A stretch of 64,000 nt of DNA from Tubiluchus corallicola (taxonomy: Eukaryota; Animalia; Priapulida): the NCBI GenBank assembly GCA_030141605.1, contig JAQGDQ010000035.1, positions 186,001-250,000 on the forward strand. Reading direction: 5' to 3'. The first letter of the stretch is position 1; the number at the start of each line of letters is the position of its first letter. Made by a program: the position numbers and the translations under genes. Under the pieces are notes generated by a model, which saw only the letters and a program-made list of their open reading frames with translations, was not told the origin of the DNA and did not search any database. Positions 27,019-42,057 of this stretch are shown here, in pieces.

Positions 27019-27671
27019 CCTATACTATATATGATAGACTAATTGGTGATATGAGATGAGACATTTGAAATGTGACTAATTCTTTCACAGGAGACAAACC
27101 AATAAGTGTATAGTTGTACGTTGGCTAAAGGTGGCAAATAACTAATTTAATTAAAAAACAATACATGTTTTTACAGCAACTATGTCTACTGTAGCTAATA
27201 TGGTACCCAGTTACAATTAATCTATGTTTGCTTATTATATATTTTGTATTAAAATATTCTGAATTTTTAGCAAAATAATTTTCCTAATCTGATTGTTGTA
27301 AATGGGTTGAGCAAAGGCTACCAAAGAATATTTTCCAACGTATACAAAGCCCTCAAATGGAATAACTCTAAGCACCAAAAACCGACTATATAGTAGTTGA
27401 ATTCGGTCGAAGTTTCGCCATATTTAGTGAACATAGCGGACATAGTTCATACAATCACAGAATATTTTAGCATACAAGATGTTGCAAAAATCATTCATTA
27501 CCTTTAAAAAATTGTTAAAAAATAATAGCAGTTTCATCAGAATAAAAACGATAGTTTAATTGCTGAGTGTACGATTTATGAGAATTATCGCTTAAAACTT
27601 GGCTTCATAAGGTTTACGGCAACAATTACACCTCATTTGTAGAAATGCATCATTTATACGTCATTGCGTAT

Positions 27672-28263
<592 letters not shown>

Positions 28264-29344
28264 AGCGAGAGAAACGGAAAGAGAGAAACAGAGAGGGTCA
28301 GCGGAAGAAAGAAACTTGAAAGGACTTAATCTGCCAGTTTTTGTGGCAAGGAATCAAAGCATGTCAGCTGATTGCTGGGAAATTGTTTGTAAAAGCGTCT
28401 AAAACCTGACAAGATAAGGTATAATCTGGTTGAGCAAGTGTCTGATCAGCATAATCTGTGAGGAACACGCGCTATGCCTGACAGTCGAACAGATTAAACC
28501 ACAGCGGATTCAGCAATGATACCTGAATTATTATGCAAGACATACAATGCTTCCACCGTGTTTCTATAGTGAGTTCATTTCGACATAACACACTTAAAAC
28601 TGTAACGGAGTTAATTTGTAACATCATTATCATTATCATCATGATCAATGTCAATGTCATCATCCTTGTGCTCCTTCTCTTCATCATCGCCACCACTATC
28701 ACTACCGTTCTTGTTCTTTTTTGTCGTTTTCTTGTTCTTCTCCTTCATCTCCTTTTACTACTACCACGACTTCTTTATTATCATGATTGTCGTCATACTT
28801 CGTAATTATCTTCTTTATGATGGTGATGATCATCGTCTTCTTCTTTTTTCTCTATTTTACTATCATCATCATCGTCATTTTTCCACCTGTATTCTTTATC
28901 AGATTAATTAGAAATTTTGATATTTCGTTTTGAATTTGCTTTTAGTATTATAATTTACTTTTAGTATTATAATTATTTATTTAAAAGAACTTATGCAATA
29001 TAAGTTCCGTCTATTTGCATGGATACGCTAAAAAATTGCTAAAAGCATTTACAAAGCATTAAGTATATTGTCATGTACATAATTTTAGAACTAACGCATT
29101 TTCACGTAAAGCAAGACAAAGATCTCATGCAATAATCATAGTTACAAAGTTGCAAATTATAATGCATCGCACATATACACTTAGTATTCAAACTTGGCAA
29201 ATTTGCAAAAATAATAGAAAACTTGTGACTAACCAAAAACATGTAAGTACTGTTACGTACGTATGTCAAACCTGCCTTTGCGTAGCAACAAAAAGAACAA
29301 TAACAATTACAATGTCTGTTGCAGGACAGTGCCATTAAACCACC

Positions 29345-29517
29345 ATGAAGGAAATCTGTGCTGGTTGTCAATGTCCCATTGAAGATCGTTTCTTGATGAA
29401 AGTCATGGACAACTGCTGGCACGAGAGTTGTTTGCAGTGTAGTATGTGCTTTATGCCGCTCACCAAATCTTGTTACAGTCGCGACCGTCGGCTTTACTGC
29501 AAACAGGATTATGACAG
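29345..29517 (+). CDS. Lmx1: LIM homeobox transcription factor Lmx1, LIM1 exon
   Basis: [54 protein letters not shown] is a complete LIM double zinc finger of Lmx1 type. Acceptor gttgcag| at 29324/29325, ATG in accaccATG context, phase-2 donor AG|GTACGA at 29517/29518. Confidence 0.93.
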
Positions 29518-29629
29518 GTACGACGTTACGTTTGATTAAGCGATAAACGTGTAATTTGTGTGGAAGAATTATGAGTAGTGTGAAAACCAGCATAGAAGAA
29601 TTGTCTCCTGCCTAAAAGCATTTGACAGA

Positions 29630-29822
29630 GAACAGGTCTCATGCTTAACAGTATAGGGATAGAGGATGTCCAATGTCTGACAACGTAGCGATAGATTATA
29701 GAGGATAGGTCACATCCATGCCTGACAAAATAAAGATAGAGGATAGATCCCATGTCTAACAGCATAGGGATAGAGGAGAAGATAGGTCTCATGTCTAACA
29801 GCATAACAATAGAGGATAGATC
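29630..29822. repeat. Degenerate ~35-bp tandem repeat
   Basis: Recurring catgtctaacagcatagggatagaggataggtc variants. Confidence 0.8.
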
Positions 29823-32243
29823 ATTACTGCATCTTTATTCGTATTCACGATGCTTAAGGAAGATAGGAATAAGGCTTGAAAAATCCCGGCATGTATGAGA
29901 CTCGATCTGCAGCCAAGCACCGTGCCATTCGTTCAACCATGCCTTCCAGTAAGTTAAAAACAATGGTAAAGTATAGAAGTGTGCAGTTGTAATACATTCT
30001 CAAATTTACCTGTAACAGCATTCTATTATTTTATTTTATTGACGTGGTACATTTGTTCTACTTGGAAAGATAATATGCGTATAAGGTTTCAGTTTGAATA
30101 AATTGCGATGTAGGCTTGTAAGTTGTCTATTATCATAGTTGTTAAGTTGGTTTGGAAATTACAAAAAGTCTATTGCGAACCTGGGATAATTAACCAAGAG
30201 ATAAATTTGAATACTGACTCGGCTCTGTATGACCACAAGCCTGAGTGACCCAGTAAGCTTCGGTTACTCTTTGATATGACAGAATACTTTAATCATACGT
30301 GTAGCGTTAACTCATTTAGCAACTCTTAATAAATTACTCAAATGTTTCACTAGATAATTCAAAACTGTAACGTCATAGCTTTTGTTTATGCAGAGAGTTT
30401 CGTTTTACGACAATAAGCCATCGTGCATTTAATCTTGTATAGGAATTTATATTTTAGTCTTGTTACTTTTAACTGGTCCATTTAGCGTAATTGCAGAATT
30501 TTAAATTTCTAAGTTTACGTTTGTTGGTTCGACTTAATATGAATCCAATAAACTGACTTTTCCTAACATTAGACGTATCTGCTACATTAAAAACACTTAC
30601 AACACAATTACATTTGTTTCATAATTAGTGCTGGGTCTATTCAATTCTGGTAAATTTCTTAATTCGTTACCATTCGTTATAATTTATAAACTTAATATCG
30701 TAGTAATGAAAACTCTGGGATTATACTGCTATACAAATGTTGGGTTGCCTGCCAGTGCTTGTAGTGGTAGGCATGTCATTTAACTGCTGGTACAGTCTAT
30801 CTGTTTTCCCTCTTTTTATACACTTGATGGTTCTGGGGATTTGGGGCGAGTGGGCACTGAGTAGGTCACTGTTCGAGAAATGAATTCTCTACCTCCAACG
30901 CTGGAACAAATCCATTTTTTTATATTTATTTGTCATTTTGTCTCTTAATGCTCGTGTAATGAACTATTTTTAAATCGATTTTATCGGTTTTATTGTCTAT
31001 TAAGGATTATACGTGTATGCTAAATTCTTAAGAAGAATTCTTAAATATTAGCATATTCAGGCTAATCATTATAATCATATAGTCACAATCTTATTATTTT
31101 TAATTATACTACAAACCCACAATTACTAAAATTTCGGTAACAAACTTGCGGGACAGAATATGTGAAAAAGTTGGGATGCTGCATGAATTTGAACTAGGAC
31201 CGTCTCCTTACATGTCAGACATTTTAGATCACCAGTGCTCAAGGTAGTCCAAAGTTCAACCCTTCTACTGTATTACTAAGAATTAATGTGATCAGATATA
31301 GGAAGTATCATAATTTTATTATTAGACGTAAGTGCACCAGACCTTAACATGTAGCGTCCTAAGAACGAAACTGTAAATTCTCTGAGATTCATTTACCAAG
31401 CAGAATACGCGCGCAGGCAAAACAATTTGGAATTCATTTCTCTTCATCTACCGCCAGTGAAAATAAATGACTCGCTTAAAGGAGGGGAATATCAGTGATA
31501 AAATGTGTAGCGTAAGTGCAGCTCCCTGGTGTATTACACAAACCGATTGTGCAGGGTATTTTGTTAGAAGCCATGGCGCAATATGTCGCCCTAAACTAAT
31601 ATTGATGTAGATGCTGTTTTCTGAATGTTCTTATGAATTTGGCCGGTAGACAAGAAAACGAGAGCTAAAAGAGATTCAGAGAGACCACATGCGCTTTTTT
31701 GTACAAATCACAAAATACTCCGAATTTCTGTTAAATTAGATTTCTGTTTATTTTTTTGAAAATACTTATTTTCGAGCAGTTCAGTGCTGCGTTATCTTTT
31801 TTCACGGCTCATTTCATTATCTAGCCGATAACCTGGAGCTTATTCATACTACAGAAAAACTTTCAAATATCTTTAAATATACAGTGTAAAGTTAATATGT
31901 TACACATACATGAAACCTGACACACACATAGCCTACATGTTGTTCAATTCTGCGCGTCGTTTGAAGTAGAATTCGGCGTCTTTGTTAATGTATTTTGAAA
32001 TGATATCGAGTTGGCGTTTAAGCACGCAAAAGTCTGCCGCAGGGCACGTGCTTGTCACCAAAACTATAGTAAAAATATCTGATCAAGAAAACAGTATGTA
32101 TGACATTATATTGTAAAGTATTGTTGGTTTTGCTTTTATGCATTAAAAATTACGTATATAATATAGTATAATGTATATACATATCATAAGTATATTATAA
32201 ATATATATAAAGATATGATATACATTTTTTATACGTATATAAA

Positions 32244-32274
<31 letters not shown>

Positions 32275-32666
32275 GCGCGCGCGTGTTTGCGTATATTTAC
32301 ATATATATTGATTTATTTACATACATATATGTATATATTTATTTATTCACAAAGTATGTCATTGTGATTCTACAGTTTTAGATACGCTTTACTTGAGGTT
32401 TTACTGTACTATATACGTGCTGTTTGTGATGAAAGGGGCACAAAACAGCAGAAAAGGTAGAAAAAATTAATTATGTTAAACTAGATTAAACTAGCTCTTT
32501 TTTATTAGATTTTCAGATTTGTAGATTACATTGATTAGAAGGCAAGAAAAATGTTGGAATTTTTGATGTCTATATTTTTTTTAAAAAGTAAATGTATTAT
32601 ATGTAATTAAAGTAGCAAATTTTACGAAAATAAAAATTATTGGCAGTATTATGATTGCCCAATTTT

Positions 32667-32904
32667 CAAGGCATCTACTTTTCATTCACAAGACACCGTT
32701 GAAAAACTTTATGTACGATTTCGAATCTCTTTATAAGACCTACAACAGTGTTCTGAGTGTATAGCTGAACCCTTTTAGTTTATGATTACGTAATTTACAA
32801 GGCATTTATTTTTCATTCACAATACACCGTTGAAAAACTTGTATGTATTCGAGTCTGTCTATAAGACCTACAACAGTGTTCTGAGTGTATAGCTGAACCC
32901 TTTT
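32667..32904. repeat. Local tandem duplication (~105 bp, two copies)
   Basis: caccgttgaaaaactt...tataagacctacaacagtgttctgagtgtatagctgaacccttt occurs twice. Confidence 0.9.
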
Positions 32905-35900
32905 TGTAGACACACATGCCTTAAAGGCCCTAAGGCACAAGTAGCCTTCCCGACAGACAATCTCTCACTTACTAGCAAAGATATGTGTCAATTTCAGCAC
33001 ATACTTTTCGGCAATGTAAGTAACAGAGTGTTAACTACCTAAGCTCTTTGAACAGATGCAGTAACGTGTACATAACAGATACGTCTTGAATGTACAGGCA
33101 ATGTATAAACTCGTTTGTAATTTTGACTTCTTTCATCAGCTGACTAGTTAACTCTTTCAAATATGCACCCTTATAAACGAGTGTATCTGTTTTGTGTCTT
33201 CCCATGTTGTACGAAAATGGCATTAATGCCTAAAATGATGCATTAAAAGCAATAACACTAATTTGATGTGAATGATAATCATAAAGTCTGCTCTTCCTTT
33301 GTGCAAGACGTTTAATTTTTGTAATTTAGTACTTTATTCTAGAGGCAAACATGAACTAGAAAAATAGAAAATAAAAAAATTATATTTGTTACTTTATAAG
33401 AGCTTATAGTTACAAATGGATATTTTGCAGAAAAAAACAAAGTAAATTACAATGACTCGGCTACAATAATTTATTCTCATATAATCTAGTAAATCTACAA
33501 GCATGACAAAGATTTCGAAAACGATGACGGTAACGTTAACAATGATGACGACATGTTTGGTCGGTGATTGCGAAGTGCCCTCTCTACCACATGGCAGGCA
33601 CTCTTACGGTGCAAGACACAAAGCACTGTAGTTTTTGTTGTCAACACTGTAGTTTTTGTTGTCGAAACAATAAAAATCGATTCTTTTTAGCTAGAATAAT
33701 TTTTCTTACCAGTTGGAAAGGAAAAAGCAAATTAATAAATAAAAAATAGAAAACGTACATTTGCGCGATTGTTTTCTTAATTATACACGTTGTGACATAT
33801 TTCTTCTATTTTTCTTCTATTTTTAATTTTGTTTTTATTAACTCTAGAGGTGAATTATTTTCATGTTAAAATCATAAAATTACTGGAATCAAATCACCTC
33901 AAAATCAAATTCAAAATGTCAAAAATACTGAAAAGGTGAACTGATGTTTTGACTTTTAACATCAATTTCATTTTTGCAATTCGCGTAAATGCTTTAGTTA
34001 TCCACGTTATACATATTGTGGACACATATTGAAAACTATATATATATATATATATATATATTTATTTATTTATTTATTACCACAATGATAAATAAGCATT
34101 TATTAAAATGTTTGTGGTGAATTAAATAACAAATTTAATAAATTAATAAATATGGTAATGCGCAGTTAGTAAGCGATTGTCACAACATGGTTTGTCTAAT
34201 TGTTACTATTTTAAAACATTTTTGTAAGCAGGGTTTCAAAATCATGTAGACTTATGTGTGAACCACGCAAATAACTGCTTCACTTAGCTTTGGTGGCCTT
34301 TTTCCTTTCTTGTATGTCTGTACGTAGAACTGCATGAGAAATACTTATTTAAATATAATTTTATAGTTTAAAATACTAAAAACAATACAAGACTAAATTT
34401 GAAGAAACCAAGAACCGCTGGATATAGATAAAAAACACAGAACCGATATATATAAAGATATTCCGACAGATGCTTCCGTGCTATATTCAATACTATAAAT
34501 TATAACAGATTTCACTATTAAAATGATTTTATTACTACACTTCTAAAGTTAATCATTCTTTATACCTTAGAAAAGCACCTATAAACAACTTTGCAAGTTA
34601 AAGCAAATAGAAGTGTCACACTAATTAAGTCAATTGTTAGCATTGTGTACCTAATATAAAGCAGACATTACTAGCACAATAAAAGCTGTGAATAAACCGA
34701 CTACTCAGGCCACCAACAGTACTGCATTAGAGCTAGTCATTGTACATACAGATAGGTTTAACGTGCAGAGATGCTAACATTGTAAATAATCTTTAACAAG
34801 AAGTCAAGAGGGTAGTAATAAAATGGCCACCAACATTCAGCAGCCCACAGACTGTCTTGCAACTTCGTGTTCTGCTTACATTACGGTTCATTTACGAGTT
34901 TATTGTATAGTAAACACAACGCCATAAAAATCCTGCTTCTCAGCAACTTTGTATGAGTCAGAAAAACCCAATAGGTAAGATACTCCAGAACGATAAACGA
35001 ATCCCAATCTAGCTTCGTCCTCATATAGTTACTTTTATTGTTCTTAACAAAAACGAACAAACAAAATATTCGCGATTTAAAAATTTTTTATCTCTTAAAA
35101 TACACGCCAACATTATGCTACAGTAATAAAAAATAAAAATCTGTATGTACACATATTTAGAGTAAACGGATTTAAAACATAATGAATTTAAAATGACAAT
35201 TCGACACTATTTTATTGCTAGCTAAAATACAGCGAGGCCAATTAGAATGGAGTAAAGTTATGATGGGTATATAACTATGTAGATATAAAATAAAAAGTAA
35301 ACCAAGTATGTAGTACAAGATATAATTAGACAACAGAAAACTTTGCATTTTTTTACCTTTTGCGTTTTCTGATTGCTTTCAAAAACAGATGGCTTTCTTC
35401 TGAAATACTGAGTGTTGTTCACAAAATTCTGGGCTTTATACGAATGCCATAGGAACAGAATACATCTTCTCTGCGTTAGGTACTATAGTTAGTGAGATTA
35501 ACATTGCACTATTTTTACTATGACATACCAAAATAATGACATAATATATTATTTCAGTGTCTGTTGATCGATCTGGTACTTTTTTTAATCTTTTTAATTT
35601 TTTGGTTGTACAGTATTTACTGTAACAGTTATATTAGTGTATTTAAATTTACTTTTGAGGACGATACTTCAAGTAATGTCAAAACGTGCCGATTTTATAG
35701 CCCGCCATGGGTTTACTTATTTGTAGTTCTTATTGTTGTTTCCATTCTTTTGAGAAATCTCTAAAATTAATGATAAATAAAGTGTATTATTCGTATAATT
35801 TTATTTATCATCATTACATAAAAAATGCAATTACTTAGAACTTAACTTCAGGATCTTCAATGTATTTTCTTGATATAGTTTAGTATATAGTTTTGTGTAT

Positions 35901-37149
35901 ATTAGTAGGTGTAGGTAAATATCATTTTAACGGTATTATTGTATGTTCTACCTGTGAGAAGGACATTTTGTGTACATCTTAATTACATCCACTTTGACGA
36001 TACTTGTTACACAAGCATTCGTAGAGATGTAGATATTTTACATACGCATTGGAAATCAGCATAACATAACAGAATTATTAAAAAGAAACAGATAAGGTAG
36101 CACTTGAAAGGACTACATCTAATGTTCATGATTACGATGTGCAACCCGAATGCATCACAGGAGTGCGACTGATTATAACACTGAATATGTCTTGTTAGGA
36201 GAATCATTTAATGACTGACTGCAAGACAGTTTTTTGCTATTAAGCGCCTTGAACGTGTAAACTTAGCGAACCATTATAAGCTGATAGCGCAAGGCCTGTG
36301 AGTAAAACACCAGTCGGTGCACAGATTACTATAAGATCTTATTTGTTTCTTTAGCCGTTAAAGAAACGTTAAGATGCAAACTTTAGCAAGCTGGCCGCCA
36401 CAAAAACGCATAAAGAAGCCGTCAAACTTTCACTGTCTTGTAATCAAATAATTACCGTAGCATTACTGTCTTTGTGTGCATATTTTGTAAATCTGTAATC
36501 ACCTTTGCATGTGAATTTTGCACATCGTATGCTATATAACATCAGCGTTATGTAGAATTGATCATAATCACCACAATCTTCCAGTATGTGAAAACTGTTC
36601 TCAGTGAATACAATCTAAATATTAAGTGGCTTTTAAAAGCAAAACGCGCATGCCAGTGTCTAAATTTTAATTTGTTGGCATTCATTTTTCGTTTTTAAAA
36701 GGAACTTGAATAATTATAAGTTTCTTCGTTTAGTGTTACAGCTTAATTTTATTATCACAAGTTTATTTTATTATATTCATGAATGTATTATCGAGGCGAA
36801 CATTGAATAAGATTAGCAAAATACACCTGTCTTCCCGCTCCTGCTGACAAGTTTATTTCGAAATTTTTAAAAAATTTTATCTTCGTTTTAATCTGAAAAA
36901 TTGATTTAGTAATGGTAGAATGTCTCAAAATGTAAGTAGGTAACTAGTCTAAATCGTTACTCGATCATCGTTCATACTGTACAGAGGATAACTAAATGAA
37001 TTTAAAGAATTTAATAGCTCTCGTATCTTTCACTTAAACGAAAGCTGCAATTTCACTGCAGGAAGATGTTATTAAATGTATAAAACCACGGCGCAAAGGC
37101 GAACAAAGCCTATACCTACAGGTTGTTGCTTTTGCTACAAGCCGTTGTT

Positions 37150-37640
37150 CAATAAAATCCTTTCAATAACCATGATGCTAAACCTTTTCAACATGTGGCC
37201 CGCTGGTGCGAATCACAAAATATCAAGTGGGTCCTCGTGCCACTGTATTTGCTGTGTTCATGTAGCAATTTTCTGTCGCTCAGGTATACAGATGGGGCTG
37301 TTGCAACTCCTCAACATTTGCCATACTTTTTGTCAATATTTAAACCTGTCACCAGTCTGATAACGTCGTCTCCCTGTTTGCACTCAGCAGTCTTGTTTGT
37401 TCGTGCGAGTTCTTATCAGACAAGACTTGTTCTGAGCTTGTAGTGCTTGTTTGAATCTGATAGATATCATTACAGAGCGGAATGCGAGACTTGGGCGGCT
37501 TCCTTCATTTTGAGTGGGTCGGTAGATTAGACCACAGGTGTAGTATCGTTCTGATCTGGGCATATTTTGCACGCAGCGTACAACCTCTTCTAAACAATCC
37601 AGTGTTCTATGTATGTACGCTGTCAGCATGTGTAGAGTAT
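37150..37640 (-). mobile_element. Degenerate RTE-like LINE 3' fragment
   Basis: Minus frame VVRCVQNMPRSER...GSRPSLAFRSV resembles the GHVxRM...GRPxLRFxD region. Confidence 0.45.
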
Positions 37641-38070
37641 TAAAGAGTAAGTCGTTATACTGAAAAGTTATACTCCAAAAATGTATCAGATTTGTCCAGT
37701 GAATTACTTTATGCAGCTTGGGATTATATTTCTAATGAGAAATCAAATACATAGATTAGATACCAGAACGTTCTCTGTATACTAGCTTGTCTGTCGACAC
37801 CACGTTTGTTTATAATAAGGGCAAAGCTATACACCTACCCCGTACTACGTATAGTTTTATATTATAAATAGGACAAAGAATATTTTTTGTTTAAAATTCT
37901 ATTAGTTAATAGATGTGCAGATTTATAGTGTGATGTAAATAGCTCATTTGATTTAACTGTAGAGTAATCCAATATTGAGAAAGGAAAATGTACTGGTAGA
38001 GTGAAAGCTAAATTGGGTAGAGAAACAGAGAAGGGAGAAGAGGAAAAAGAAGAAGAAGAGAGACAAAGAT

Positions 38071-38121
<51 letters not shown>

Positions 38122-38189
38122 AAAGAGTGAGAAAGAAATGATCAGAGAGAAAGAGAGTAAGAGTTAGAGAGGGAGAGAGAAAGAGCGTA

Positions 38190-38236
<47 letters not shown>

Positions 38237-39146
38237 AGAGGATGAGAAAGAGATCCAAAGATGCGTAAAGAATTTCGACTGTTAGAAAAATTCTTTACTA
38301 TACTTTCAATTTCGTATCTCGCACCACAATTCTCGTCTGTTATTACTTACCATTGTTTCTAGTACAAAAGCTACGCAAGCGTTTAATTTAAATGTTTAAG
38401 TCACGAAGGCAGTTTTTGCAGACCAAGCAAGCATCAGCAGCAAATAAGGAAGCCAAGCTGAAGCCAGGTTTAGGGATGCTTGAGAGCGCTTCCATGTGCC
38501 ATGTAACTGTTTTGTTTGTACTGTGCTCGTATTTTATTAATTTATTATCCACCACTGTTACGTGTTGCCCAACATGTGTGGCAAATATCAGCTTTGTAAA
38601 TCATAAATAGAAAAGATTCAGTGACGATATATAATTCTACCGAACAAAGGAAGAATATTTGCGAATCTTCTTCTCCTTCTTCTTTCTTCTCCCCTGCTTC
38701 TTTTTCATTCAATTTAGCTTTCACACTTTGCCAGCATATTCTTCTTTCTTATTGTGGTATTGTTTACTTATAATTACTTTATCTTTTCATAAAAATTTTC
38801 ATGCAATTTAGCCAAGTGAAAATTAGACATTATTGGGCGTTTTCAGGCATAAATGCCGGGGTTCTTAAAAATGTATATTACATTTTGACACGTGACCCGT
38901 GACCTAATTTATCGATTTAACTGGTCATGGCCTATCATTAGCTTTCTCACGTCGCTATACAGCCTAGTAATAGTTAAACACGCACGCTTATATCCGCCCC
39001 GAAACAACGAAAATTTGTTAGAAAAAGACATGGCAAAGACACTTATTTACAGTTGTTGAGACAACAGGCAACATCAGATATTGGTTGCCCTAAGCGACTC
39101 TTAACGAAACAACAACACTGATACTAAAGTAACATTTTAAGACTAA

Positions 39147-39334
39147 AGTGGCGTTTACCTAGCAACCGGAATACGTATGCGTTATCCATCTGCGTATAAA
39201 ATGTCAATAGAAAATAGCTGCAGAAAAAATAATGCATAACGCAGGCCTGATTAATTGAAAACACTATAAAGCAATTTTATCTATTCCGCATCCGCATAAG
39301 GCAAACGCATTCCGCATGCCAGGTAAATGCCGCT
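39147..39334. mobile_element. PIF/Harbinger-type MITE
   Basis: TIRs agtggcgtttacctagca / tgccaggtaaatgccgct; TAA TSD on both sides. Confidence 0.8.
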
Positions 39335-40991
39335 TAAGACTAACGCATGCAGACATGAAGACATTTTAACACGGAAGCCTTTAGTTTTGTTTGACTGAAC
39401 CAGAAATGCTTTCACAACTACATGTTTTACATTTCATCCAGAAAGTAAAAGTCAGAAGTAATTATGTCATTCCCTAAAGCCATTGCCGTCTTCGAAAGAC
39501 CTTTTACAAACCTCTAAAGTTCATTCCAACCAATTTGGGAAAAATGTAGCATCTTAGTAACTGTAATAAGATACACAATTTTATAAGTAACTTTCTTCAT
39601 GCAAGTGAACTAGAGTGAAAAGCAATCTCATGTTTCCCCAGTAGAGATCGCAAAAGCTTTGCCCTATTTCTTTATAAAAATCTGGACTCGATGATAAGCT
39701 TACTTTGAGAACTACGTAGGTAATTCTCTTGTACATATTTAAACAGTATTTCAGCGTTTGCAGTCTGAAACCAATGTTGACGAATTCGAACTGCTTTAAA
39801 ATGCTCAGTTTTACAGTGGCGTAGAACCTGAGCAGCAAATGCTTCTAAAAATTGTAGCGATGGTGCTGGTAACGCATAGAAGTTGAAATTTAAAAAAAAA
39901 CTTGCTAGGAATCTATCTCGTGTCCTTCGTGCTGCTTGACATTACAGAAGTGGTGCTGAAATTTTAAAATGCTCGTCCCATTCACCTAATGAATCGACGA
40001 GGCCATTTCATAGCGGCGGGTTTATACCTGGTATTCAACGCCACTATGCAATGGCTTCGTAAGGATGAGTCCATCACAATAAAGAGGACGTAGAAAATAA
40101 ATGTAATTTCGCCCCGTAATAATATTTAAAAGCAAAACTGAAAGTATATTTCTATTTACTGTTCCCAGCTATCTTAATACCATTTAAGGTTCAATTGTCT
40201 AATGTAATATGTCTATGCAGTAATTTCTTGCACAATCGTCGATTTAAGTTTATATAATCTGCTTTGCAGGGAAAGGAATCTTTGCCATGTGAAGATTAAA
40301 AAAACTTGTCAAACTTTCTTTGTTGCCTGATTTTCAGTTGAATAAGAGATGAGCTGTCCAACCTCCTAGCAACTGAAACAATGAACTCTCAAGCTTCCTA
40401 GCAACTGAAATAAAGAGTTCTCAAACCTCTTTGCTCTTATATATATATATATAATTAAAACACAAACATATGTGTGCGTGCGTGCGTGCGCGTGTGTGCG
40501 TGTATGTGTTTTATATATATTGTTTTTATTATACACTGTATTTTATTATTGGGTGTGAATAAAATAAATAATCACACACATAAGTAAGCCTAGGCGTGTT
40601 ACGCATTTAATAGCACACTATTATAATTCAAAACCTTATTTTTTAAATCATTAATTTTCTTGTATACTTCCAGTATATTTCCTTGTTTACCATTCTAAAG
40701 CTGGTATATTTATTGAAAAGAAGCTCTTGTAAGAATTCGTATGTGTAGAGATGCTTTGTTCCTCCAAATCTTTACTAACTCATTAAATACTTCCAACATG
40801 ATTGCCTATACAATAACCTTATAATGACATTACAAAAGATAAATGTAAGTTGTAGGCAAAATTGTAGCACAAAAACGCTGCCCCGCTCCTGGAATTCTAA
40901 CTTATCAATGTAATGAAATTTGCTGTTTTAACTCGGATATAGATTATCATAATTGTTTTGAACTTGAGGCAAGAATTCGGATTTTCTCTGC

Positions 40992-41056
40992 TGATAGCTT
41001 AAGTAGTTAGCGTGCGACCTGACACCACAAAGTTTTGTATTCGAATCTTTGTTAAA
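40992..41056 (+). mobile_element. Degenerate tRNA-derived SINE head
   Basis: A-box-like tagcttaagtag and B-box-like tattcgaatc at tRNA spacing, but no cloverleaf. Similar relics near 31185-31240, 61281-61346 and 63725-63785. Confidence 0.4.
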
Positions 41057-41307
41057 TCAATTTTTAGCGCCTTTCTTGTTTGTTTAATTAGCTGTTACGT
41101 TAATTGTCGATTACAGACAACCGGTTTATTAATTCTGGTCTATTATTTCGCATAAGTAATTTGCCAGTGACACAACGTGCAGTCTGTTGAGTCCTTTTTC
41201 AATGAGACACTATAGTTTTCAATGAGACTCTAAAATCAGAGAAAGAATTTCGTGATTTAAATTAAAAAATGTGATTAAGAAGATGTAGACAGAGCAACAA
41301 ATGGGAA

Positions 41308-41389
<82 letters not shown>

Positions 41390-41949
41390 GAAGAGAGTAA
41401 TGTTTCACGTTTCACGTAATCATCTGACATTTTCTGCGTACAACCACGTTTTTAACGCCTTTCTATGTTTTCCAATAAGTTTATATTAGCACGGCTTACA
41501 GCGGAACTGATTATTACAGAGATACGACGCGCTACTTAAAAGATTTAGTGTTTGCAGCAATATATATGCTCGTTCCTGCTTCCTTATTGTGTAAGCCCAA
41601 TCTTCAAACGTTTACTTTACGATAATTGTATCACGCGGTTTATCGTTTATTAATTTTATTAATTCTTCTTGTGTATTCGTAACTCTGTATAACAGCACTG
41701 TGGCGCTGAAGCTGCATCACCGTGTGCTTAAATGACATCCTTTGGGGATCTAACCAAATTTATCGCAATTTTGCATAATTATCGGATAACATACATGAAC
41801 AAGTAGCATCAGTGCTACGTAATATTTCAAATTAAAGCCCAACATAGAATACAATTTTGAGAAATCGAAAAGTAGTTTGATACAATAAAGTAGCTACAAT
41901 GCGGCTAATCGTGAATCAGTACCAGTAATTTAATAAAAATTCCAGAAGG

Positions 41950-42057
41950 AGTTTACAATTCCCCACACAACTTAAATACCCTAGTCCTAATCCTAACCCT
42001 ATCCCAACCCTAATCCGGCTCACGAACTAATTTGTTGTGTGTGTGGAATTGTAAACT
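41950..42057. mobile_element. Small inverted-repeat element with internal CCTAA-type repeats
   Basis: agtttacaattcc...cacacaac / gttgtgtg...ggaattgtaaact arms enclosing degenerate (ccctaa)n. Confidence 0.6.

Noticed and set aside
40060-40097. Hammerhead-like GATGAGTCC...GGACG
   Set aside because: Both catalytic boxes are broken and there is no stem I or III.
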